Of a stretch of 64,000 nucleotides of DNA, positions 54,185-64,000 are shown one piece after another. The first letter of the stretch is position 1; every line of letters starts with the position of its first letter. Source of the stretch: Macrostomum lignano (taxonomy: Eukaryota); contig NIVC01002093.1 in assembly GCA_002269645.1 (NCBI GenBank), positions 62,001-126,000 of the forward strand. Reading direction: 5' to 3'. The notes under the pieces were generated by a model that searched no databases, was not told the origin of the DNA, and saw only the letters and a program-made list of their open reading frames with translations. The translations under genes were made by a program, and so were the position numbers.

Positions 54185-54960
54185 CACTTAATGGCGTGAC
54201 ACCAAATAAGACTAGTACCTGTTCATACGTACTACGTGATTATCTGTACTACATCTTTATTACATGGTACAGATGTAACGGTGTACAGATTTCTATATCC
54301 GTTTGACAGTTTATTTGTCAATGTACATACAATGTTGAACAATTAAATTCATTAAATTTAAAGGAGTATTAAATGTTAACATGCACCCATTAAGTAAACA
54401 TCGCATACAGAACACAGTAGTGTACATTCAACACGTTTGGATTGGAAAAGAATCAGATCATAAATGCTAACCCAAATTATAATCAACCGGCTATAACAAA
54501 GTTACGAATTTCGCTACTTTGCAAATAACTATATACCTACGACGCATAGTTGAACAAATCAATGCCATAGGCACCTCAAGACCAACGTCTGCAACTAGAT
54601 GCTATAGTCTATGGCTTAAGCACAAATACTTCAATCGATTGACTGTTTTGTCAACTAGGCTCGCTTCAAGATAACATATAAAAAGAAACGATTTCTCTGC
54701 TTCTTATGTGGGGGGTGCCAGTTTCTTTTAAGGGAAGAGGGTGGGGCACCAGTTTCTTTTAGGGGGGGATGGGTGGGGGGCGCCAGTTTCTTTTTATTTC
54801 CTTACACCCCTCCCCCTCTGACTATGCCCTGCTACAGATTACAGATTGTATTTACAGCCGGTCAGGGTACTGCAGGAAAAGAAGACGATTTTTTGTTCAG
54901 TTATTGTATATGTGTGCACTATATGACCAGCTTATTACAATGTATACAATATATACATGT

Positions 54961-55424
54961 TCAACTATCATATTTAAACTCTATTGCAGAAACCAATGTA
55001 TATAATATTATACTCACCGGGTCTAGACCTACGGCCATTCGGCTGGCCGTTTCAAGCCGGTCGCCCCACCGGTCGGCGGCTCGGCGCGCATCAACCAAGT
55101 CGCGCTCGACGGCGCGACGTTGGCCTGGCGTTGCCGGGCCGTAGGCGCCCGTCGCCAGGGCCGCCGCCTCGGCCTCCACAGCCTTGACGGCCGCGGCCGC
55201 CAATTGCCACATACGAAAACAATGTCTGTGTAATAGGGTTTCGGTTCGATACGGATATCGTATTAGTTGATGTTGTTGCTATTTGGCACACCATGTGATA
55301 AATAAATAAATAAATAATAATAGATACATTCATATGATGTCACTTACGATACGTATGTGGCGACCGGCTGGCCGCGACCGTCAACCTCCAAGACGTCGTT
55401 TTGGTTGGCGGGGTTGGCGGACAT
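54961..55424 (-). CDS. Helical-hairpin family gene H4: exon 1 55424-55348, exon 2 from 55225
   Basis: MSANPANQNDVLEVDGRGQPVATYVS|gtaagt; acag|A HCFR MWQLAA...AYGP...RWGDRL. A possible further GTGAGT donor at 55017; 3' exons not resolved. Confidence 0.7.
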
Positions 55425-56870
55425 GTCTGTAGAAAAAATGCAAGCATTATCACATTATGTTATGCACAGTTCGATAAATGATAAATAGCAATAAATATAT
55501 TGACAACAATAATAAAAGAAATCGACTTACTGTTTGCCTTGAAAGAAATCAATAAGAAATCGAATGGAGATCGAATGGAGTTGAATGAAAGAAATCGAAT
55601 GGAGTTGTTGGGTGATTTTATAAGTCGACTCAACTTAACTGTGTGTACAGTTTACACAAGACAATCGTCTATGGCAAAATGTCAATATTTTGTGTTGATC
55701 GATCGATGTTTAGTCTATGGTTCTTTGTCGAAAATATTGTTATCGTTCTCTTGTAATACATATTGATAGATGGATATAGTTTCAATGTGTACTTTTACAC
55801 TGACCATAGCAGCAACAGAATACAGCGTACTGTACACTAAAACAAGCTATATGAATTGCCATAGACTAAATAGTCTGACACGCACTGTCTATCTAATCTG
55901 TGCCAGCGAATGCTTACTGTCAAGAACAAAACGGAACAAAAGCTTGCTTCAATTGACTGCAGTCTGACTGATGAGATGCGTACCGACCGGAACCTGATGA
56001 AGGTGGCAAAGTTAGGTGCCTTATAATTGAGTGCTGCATGGGTTCGAATCCCATGTGGTCAGAGTTTTTTTTCTGTTTAAAGTTTTTTTAGAGCAAAAAG
56101 ATTTTCAGTATTTTTTTTCTCTTACTCTTATGTTTTTTATACAATTAAATTAATTACAATTTATTATTCTCTTTACACGTTTTTTACAGAGTACGGGCAA
56201 ATCTTTTAGTGCGGCACGTATGATTGTTAGTGTAAAAAGTATACTACGATACATGTCGGCAAGCAAGTATTTGGTGTATATATAAGCGTCTGTCGTCTTT
56301 AATTTATTTGATATGTTGTGCCCTTCTTATTGTTCTATCTATATTAATAAAGCTTTTTGGTCAGAAAAATATATTTCTATGTTAATTTGTGCTCGATAAT
56401 ACCTAATTTCCTAAGAAATGAGGTTTCTCGTCCTTCTACTTAAGTCGTCATTAAGTTCACCATAGCAACAGGTAACAAGTCTGTAAAAATACATTTTCCT
56501 GTAAAAAAAACAGTATAGATATCAGGGATAAGAAATAATTAATTTCTATGTTTACTATTCTATCTTGACGCTAAAATTCCAACAGAAAAAATTTGTTAAT
56601 ACGGGTGTTACATGTTCCTCAATCCTCAATACGATTACATTTGGCTTAAAAGCTAGAGTTGTTCAATCGATTTTAAATAACAGGTCCGTCCATGGATAAT
56701 AATTATAATAAGCCGTTGTTAATTTTTTACACTTGTTTTATTTGTGCGCATAATTGATTGTTAGATAAAGCAAGTGACAATACATTTCACTATTAATCGT
56801 AGTTGTCGAATCTAAAGTCAGCAATTAATTAAGACTAAATACAAGTAATTATATTTCATTGCATTGTACC
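55130..56870 (+). repeat. Third, more diverged copy of the 8068-9780 block
   Basis: ORFs 55500 and 55770 nearly equal 8502 and 8700; similarity continues to gcattgtacc at 56870. Confidence 0.9.
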
Positions 56871-56905
56871 TGTTATTTAAACTGGTGATAATTTATCAAA
56901 GCACC

Positions 56906-57259
56906 GACCCTAGGATATACCATGCTTGCCAATTTTAGCATCAATTTTACGCATCTATTGGCTTCTATTATGGGGGTTGGTTTTCGATGCTCTGTATTGG
57001 CCGATGACAAGGTCAGTTGTATACTGTCTAGGGTCAACCCCCGTTTATATTTAGCTCGTTTAGTATCGAAATAGAAAGCGTGGGGGGTATCCTACTAACT
57101 GATAAAATGCGCGCTCGCGAGCATCAATCGAAGCCAATTCTGCATTCATTCATTCAATCTATGGTTAGCCAACCAAGTTAGTTAGCTATATTCTCTTGTT
57201 TGCGAGTTTTGATCATTTTGCGCATTCGCCCAGTCTGTCCGATTCGTTTGATTGTTTCT
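56906..57259. repeat. Inverted diverged copy of block 27616-27978
   Basis: gaccctaggatataccatgcttgccaattttagcatcaattttacgcatctattggc… is the reverse complement of 27920-27978, and similarity continues along the block. Confidence 0.85.
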
Positions 57260-58154
57260 GGAATCTTGGATTATGATAAACTGTGATTGAACTTGTGAAT
57301 GAACTGGAATGAATATAATGCGCCAAGTGATTTATACTTGGTTGATACATTGACGCGTATTGGATTCATTCATTTGTTTATTGAAATATTTAAAATTGGC
57401 GCTTTCGCATTTTCTTCTTCATTCTATGTCTATTTCGACTTTCAAATACAACGCCTAATTAAATTACTCAGTCTTTTTTTTCCAGTCACAATGAATTCCC
57501 TGTACTTTCAAAACACACAACAAACCTCAACTCCGCGGTCGCTTACCCCCTCTTCCATCGCTCGCCACTCTGCCCCCAAAAGCCACAACCTCCCCCCACC
57601 CCCCCATCCTCTCGCTTCGCTTGGCCCCACCACCCAACACTGTACTTTCATTGATCGATCGAAACCACTAAACTTCCACGCATGCGATCTTTTAGCCTGT
57701 CTAATTAGCTAGCAAACCAATTTGATATCAAACGATGAACGCACAACGGTCCGTTGTACGCACAAGACAACGATGTGCGGTCGGTTATTCGCTGTCTGTC
57801 TGTCTGTCTGTCCGTCCGTCCATGTACAAACACGTTGCTCTCCCTTCCAATTCCATACTATATAGACGGGCTAGGCTACCACAACGTTGTATTAGCCAAC
57901 CTTCTCTCTATCTATCTCTCTGACCCTCAATGAATTAAATGTGTCAGACAGACACAAAAGAAGTGAGTGTATTATTAATTAACCTTTAGTTAAATTTGAA
58001 TTCCAGTCACAGCCAACAGATCGACTATTTATTATAAGCGTTACAACTAATCCAACATCTAATAATCATGGATAATTGGCAACAACTTGACCAGTTGAAC
58101 AAGTGAGTATATGCCTGTTTATAATAACAATTGTAAAGAATCCATACTACTGGT

Positions 58155-58440
58155 GATGACTGGTGACTGGTGATGTGACTGTGGTGACTGGTGATGTGAC
58201 TGCGTTGAGTGGTGATGTGACCAGACTGACTGGTGATGTGACCTTAATGACTGGTGATGTGACCTTAATGACTGGTGATGTGACCAAGTTGACTGGTGAT
58301 GTGACCACTGAATGACCCGACTGATTGGTGATGTGACCCGACTGTCTGGTGATGTGACCGCGTTGACTGGTGTTGTGACCGTGTTGACTGGTGATGTGAC
58401 CCGACTGACTGGTGATGTGACCCAGACTGACTGGTGATGA
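58155..58440 (+). repeat. Degenerate 21-bp (TGDVTxL) array, inverted relative to 26480-27600
   Basis: actggtgatgtgacc units, with stop and indel damage. Confidence 0.85.
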
Positions 58441-58518
58441 TATGATCTTTTATAACACTCTAGTATACTTGTATAAATTTAATATGTCTTTTTTAACAAT
58501 GTTGCTATATAATCAATA

Positions 58519-59073
58519 TTATACAGACCAACTACGGATGCGACCTGATGTAGAACCTGGTCTGATGTTGTCAGTTTGACACGCGACAGAACGAGCGCCG
58601 CTCAAGAAACTCGACTCCTCTAGAAGATTATCGTCTGAATCACGCAGAGACTCGGCCGGGCTACATCGACTTAGTGGATTGATTAAGCCAGTGTTGTCGC
58701 CGGACAAGTGCTGTTCCGCGATAAACAGATTATATAAAAATTCAATCTCTTCTAGTTCATCGATCATCTGTTCGTCTGCGTCCTTGTCGACATTGTCGAG
58801 CATCGGATCATCTGCGTCGGCGGCTGCGTCAGTTTCATTGTTTGTCACTGAACAACAATCGCCATTCGAGTGCATTTCACTACACGTATAATACGTTGTG
58901 TTGCCATCTACAGACTCGTCGATACTGTCGCATACTGCGTCACTGTTGTCTAAGATGACAGTGTCACTGTCAGACAATACATTGTCGACACCGTCAGCAT
59001 GGTCAACAGTCATTTGTAGCGGGCAGGTCGACTCGGACTCGTCCAGGTCACATCTCGGCTCATAGCGGTCCAT
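58519..59073 (-). CDS. 184-aa acidic disordered protein ending ...LEESSF...SVACQTDNIRP
   Basis: ATG-initiated ORF; shares motifs with 42532 (QTDNIRP) and 60169 (LEESSF...RSVACQ). Confidence 0.5.
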   Translation of the reverse strand: MDRYEPRCDLDESESTCPLQMTVDHADGVDNVLSDSDTVILDNSDAVCDSIDESVDGNTTYYTCSEMHSNGDCCSVTNNETDAAADADDPMLDNVDKDADEQMIDELEEIEFLYNLFIAEQHLSGDNTGLINPLSRCSPAESLRDSDDNLLEESSFLSGARSVACQTDNIRPGSTSGRIRSWSV

Positions 59074-59697
59074 TATGATGTTTTGGAGTGAGTTTATTTA
59101 AAAAGCTTTTAACTTTGACTGACAATATAACAAACTGTTAGAATGAATTATTATTATTATTAACGAGATACCAAATCATCTAGAACAAAGTTTCTATATA
59201 GAACAGACTGATAAGCAACTGATGCGAACAAATTATAGTTTATGTCATCATTAGTAACTATCTATAATTCTAATATTTAAGAACTTTACTGAGTACAGGG
59301 TAGTTGTACTTATACATATGTACTTATGCTAGTCCAAAATATGCACAATCTACACAACTATCAGAATTTATTGTTATCGATTCTCTTGTGTCTGTATGTA
59401 CACAATCACACAACATAACCATATCACGTACGTTACCATCAATCTGTAATCCATATTCCATATGGTCTCTCATAATCACCTTCAATATGTTGCACTCTCA
59501 ATCAGTCTCAGTCGCATTAGAATTGTCAATCTCATTCTCATTCATCCTTTTAATCTTCATTTTCCTCATAGAGAACGAATCATTCCAATCATCTAATGTA
59601 AAACAGAAAACGATATCCATATTTACATATGTAATGCATAAACAACGTCAACAATCAAAATCTAATGTTATTAAATCACCAACACTGATAGACTGAA

Positions 59698-59928
59698 CCA
59701 TGGAGGAAATAATAGAGTGGACTGCTAATCTAAGCCAGTTATTTTTATCTCGCTAGTTCTTCACTTTTACGTAATATCCAGCCCCCCCCCACGCTGTTTC
59801 TGTTTGGCTCGTGACTGCCATCGACAAAGTATTTTTCATCTCGTTTCCCATTCGTTCCACTCTAAAAGGTATGCCTCAGCACAGTAGAAGCTCGCATCAA
59901 TCAAAGTATACTATTCTTTCCTCCATGG
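59698..59928. mobile_element. 231-bp MITE, 18-bp TIR CCATGGAGGAAA(G/T)AATAG
   Basis: TIRs at 59698-59715 and 59911-59928 (17/18 match). Confidence 0.8.
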
Positions 59929-60168
59929 ACTAAACTCAATAATAGTTATTAAACTTATATAACTTATATAACTTCAATAAGTTAAACTTATCTAATATTT
60001 AAGTTCATACATTATGAAATAGTTAGTTAATAATTAAACGTTCAAGCAATCAATCAATCAATCAATCAACCAGATCCACGGCCCGGTCAGGATCAGCAGC
60101 AGACTACCGTAGACGCGTGTGAATGTACTGGATCGAGAGACCATCAATCCAACCAACTATCCAATTAT

Positions 60169-61017
60169 CTAATCGGTGGATCGACGAGAACGCCATCTAC
60201 GGTACAGTCGAGTCCAGGTGCGATTGCGTCGAGGTCGACACCTGTTTACCTGGCAGGCGACTGACCGCCGATCAATGGCAAAGCTGGACTCCTCTAGCAT
60301 ATTGCCATCGGAGTCGTACAGCGACACGGACGGGTCGACTTGACTAATTGGGCTAGCCAACGCTTCGTCCGGTGGTGCACATTAATCGACGACGCTCAGA
60401 TAGACAGTCGCCTCGACCTCTTCGCATACGGCAACAAGTTCCGCGTCTGATATGTACATATCATCAGCGGCGGCCGCATTTGTGTGATCTGTGGTCGCAT
60501 CAGTCGGCGGTTGTTCGACGTTGTCACTGGCGGCATTGCACATAGAAGCATAATAAGCTGTTTCTAGTGCGTCGCACTCTGCCAGCGTATCTGAGTCGAA
60601 CAGGGTGTCGACATCGGCATCAGCATCGACGTCCATATCTTGGTCGATGCACGAATGACGCCGCTTACGCGAGTTTGACGGCATAGATGTCGCAGCAACG
60701 TCGGTCACAATCGCGTTTGCTGCATACAAATCGCCGTCTAACCAGCGCATTGCTTCGTCGAGCTGTTCAGCCCAATCGATGCCTGCCGAATGCATCGCTG
60801 ACACGGCGCGTCTGGTCTCGGCATACGATACAGGCGCCATCATCTGTGTTTGCTGCACTGTATGCTGTTGTTCTTCAACAGATACACAAGCAGCCACCAA
60901 ATCAGCGTCTGTGATGTCGTCTGCCCAGCATAGATGATCGTCAGCAGTGCGCGACTCTTGTAGATGTTGCTGATGCTGCCGCTGCTGTCGATGCTGTTGC
61001 TGCTGCTGCTGTCGATG

Positions 61018-61066
<49 letters not shown>

Positions 61067-61086
61067 GCTTTGTTGGACTCGGACAT
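60169..61086 (-). CDS. Gln-rich/acidic disordered protein with an in-frame TAA at 60384-60382
   Basis: MSESNKAQQQ... The frame continues after the stop as CAPPDEALASPISQVDP...MLEESSFAIDRRSVACQ|gtaaac; ORFs 61155 and 60360 are in the same frame. Confidence 0.45.
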
Positions 61087-61429
61087 GGTTGGTTGATTGA
61101 ATGATTGATTGCTTGATGGATTGATTGTAATCCTGTATATAACTAAACTGTTCAATGGGTTGTCGATTTTTAACAGATAGTTGTCTAATGCGATTATTTA
61201 TCTTGATTGAAACAGACTATTGATATAAATCACCTGCCTTGTCTAGTCGCAACCGGCTCCCTAATACAATTGTCTATGGCAAATTTCGCTTCTTTCTACG
61301 CATAATTGTCTGCGATAGAAATGCACAAATCTCTATCGACTACCTTTATAGTTGATAATTTCTACCCGAATAGCTGTTCTATTTTGCATCGAATGTCGCT
61401 CGATCTCGATATTTATATCCGTATCTATC

Positions 61430-62080
61430 ACTCATCCACACACGCACTAAATCACCCACTCACTCACTCACCCACTCACTCACTCGATCACTCACTCAAT
61501 AACTCACTCATCACTCATTCAATCACTCACACACTCACTCAGTCACTCAATCAATTACTCACACACTCACTCATTCATTCAATCACACATTCACTTACTC
61601 ACCCACTCACTCACACACTCACACACTTACTCACCACTCACCACTCACTCACTCACTCAATCGATCACTCACATACACACTCACATACTCATCAAATCAC
61701 TCACTTACTCACTCACTCACTCACTCGCCCATTCACTCATTCACTCACTCACTCACTCGCCCATTCACTCACTCACTCACTAACTCGCTCGATCACTTAA
61801 ACACTCACTCACTCAATCAATTACTCACACAGTCACGCACACACTCAATCACTTACGCACACACCAACTCACCACTCACACGCTTACTCACCACTCACTC
61901 ATTCACACACTCACTCACTCAATCACTCACTCGCTCAATCACTCACTCACTCACTCACTCATCCATTCACCCACTTACTCGCTCAATCACTCACCCACTC
62001 ACTCGCTCACTTACTCTATCACTCGCTGACTCACTCGTCCATTCGCTCACCCACTCATTCATCCACTCGGTCGCTCATTC
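61430..62080. repeat. Degenerate (CACT)n microsatellite
   Basis: Direct reading. Confidence 0.9.
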
Positions 62081-63369
62081 ACTGTCCCGTTTCTACATAC
62101 ATAGCATGCATATCGTGTCTTTCCTATCATCGTTGGCTGCGTGCGTGTATACATGTGTGCATGCACGCATTTCGTTATCCATCTATAGTTCTAGTCATCC
62201 ACTATCTTAATGGTAGCTACCGATCAATACAACTATCTAAGTAGTGAGTCTGGATATGTGAGTCTATATATGGTATATTCATGTCCGCATTTATAACGAG
62301 TGCCTCGTACTATCACGTCTCCAGTCAATCGAGCTTCTTTTCTGCACATATATCCGCTCTCTCTATCTCCATCTCCCTCACTAACCATTATACACTATCT
62401 ATACACTATATATCCCGTTCTTATTGCATACAATTCACTCGTAATGTCTCCCATTCTACACGTTTGATTAGGTCTGTCTAAGAATATGCATATCTCTAAT
62501 TAGTTTAGTTCTGTTATATTGTGTACATAATATTATTATGATTATTAAATACACGTACGAAGTTTATGAATTCAATAAATTCTAATAAACAATTCCAATC
62601 CATATATATATATAATTGATTAATTCATTAACATTCGCGGAAAAACGAGTCTAATATCGTTTGTTTGTTTGTTTGTTTATTTGTTTGTTTGTTTGTAGCT
62701 TTGCATGTTTATTTGCGAGATCTGGTTGGCTGGCCGACTGGCTGGCTGGCCGATACGAGAATACAAGACAGAGCGCGAGACCAAAGCGAAACTAGGAAAA
62801 TTGTTATAATATAAAGAAAGCATGCACCTCGCTTCGAATATACAACAAGAGGATAACATTATTAATTACACTGATTAATATATTAGTTAGAGTATATAAT
62901 ATTGTCCCACAATAGGCAGACAAAAGAAACCAAATCCGGATGGAACGACAAGCGTACGGATTTGTTATATCAAACTTGAATGAAATAATAACTATAAAAA
63001 AAACGATTCTACCAAAAAACTCATCCACAAATATTAAGTTTGCTATTGACAACACAGCCGGGTTTATCGATATATAGAAATATACGAATATTTGAGGTTA
63101 CTAGGCATACCGGAGCGGATGAATATTTTTTTATACCAGAACCATATACGAGGTGCAGTCTGTCAATGGGGTTGTCACTCACAGGATTGCTCATATTGTT
63201 AGGCAGATTTCGTGCCGAGCGATCAATGCGACATGCAGCAATTTGGACAGTCAATTGTACACGGGCCGATTTGAAGGCCTATGCGTTTGAATGAGTAGAC
63301 GGCCGACAACAGCGACGTGTCGGTACGATCACAGGCTGGTCTACCTGGACCAGCAGGCGCGATACGTGT

Positions 63370-64000
63370 GCCAGCGCCCTGCCATTACGACCACAGACTG
63401 GCATACACGGACTGGCGGTCGCAAATTGCCAGGTGTCGAAACCGTCCGCGGGTTGGACAGCCGGTCGGTCGCGATGTGTCGTCGTCAACAGTACACACGA
63501 CGACGCGCTGGACCGGAGCCAAACCGCAGCACCGTCGGGTCACCTGACACTTGGAGCGGTCGCGCACAACACGGCGCAGTTCGGTAGGCACTATACGTGT
63601 TCTAGCGCCCTGCCACTACGACCACAGACTGGCATACAGGGACTGGCGGTCGCAAATTGTCAGGTGTCGAAACCGTCCGCGGGTTGGACAGCCGGTCGGT
63701 CGCGATGTGTCGTCGTCAACAGTACACACGACGACGCGCTGGACCGGAGCCAAACCGCAGCACCGTCGGGTCACCTGACACTTGGAGCGGTCGCGCACAA
63801 CACGGCGCAGTTCGGTAGGCACTATACGTGTTCTAGCGCCCTGCCACTACGACCACAGACTGGCATACAGGGACTGGCGGTCGCAAATTGTCAGGTGTCG
63901 AAACCGTCCGCGGGTTGGACAGCCGGTCGGTCGCGATATGTCGTCGTCAACAGTACACACGACGACGCGCTGGACCGGAGCCAAACCGCAGCACCGTCGG
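63370..64000. repeat. 231-bp GC-rich tandem repeat, at least 2.7 copies, runs off the window
   Basis: ORFs 63385..63591 and 63616..63822 are near-identical at offset 231. Confidence 0.92.

Noticed and set aside
62900-63200. Possible SOCS-box-like peptide (YEYLRLLGIPERMNIFLY)
   Set aside because: Needs a frameshift, has no clear start, and the match is too short to support.

Overview
This is repeat-rich eukaryotic (animal, probably invertebrate) genomic DNA: it has ~100-nt GT-AG introns, TTAGGG-type repeats and animal transposon families. No rRNA, tRNA or CRISPR array was seen. Host-like genes are limited to a WSC-domain exon (0.3-0.8 kb) and a Tudor-like exon (16.2-16.8 kb). Recognisable mobile elements are a decayed P-element/THAP9-type transposase, a 5'-truncated LOA/R1-group LINE with intact ORF2 and an 11-bp TSD, a 9.9-kb EnSpm/CACTA element with two genes, and several MITE- or satellite-bearing elements. 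The main hidden signal is a cluster of intron-containing genes (~26-61 kb, with rearranged pieces at 8-16 kb) that the ORF track fragments. It contains a three-exon, 1240-aa double-zinc-finger / tyrosine-recombinase-like gene and a paralogous family of small helical proteins with conserved phase-2 introns (one split by the CACTA insertion). It also contains a second zinc-finger paralogue, acidic disordered ORFs with LC8-type and SUMO-interacting-type motifs, a heptad coiled-coil repeat gene and a decayed pentapeptide-repeat gene. I infer a large, cargo-carrying tyrosine-recombinase mobile element or endogenised virus-like element. Its ends are not firmly defined, and all domain calls are by eye, without database searches.
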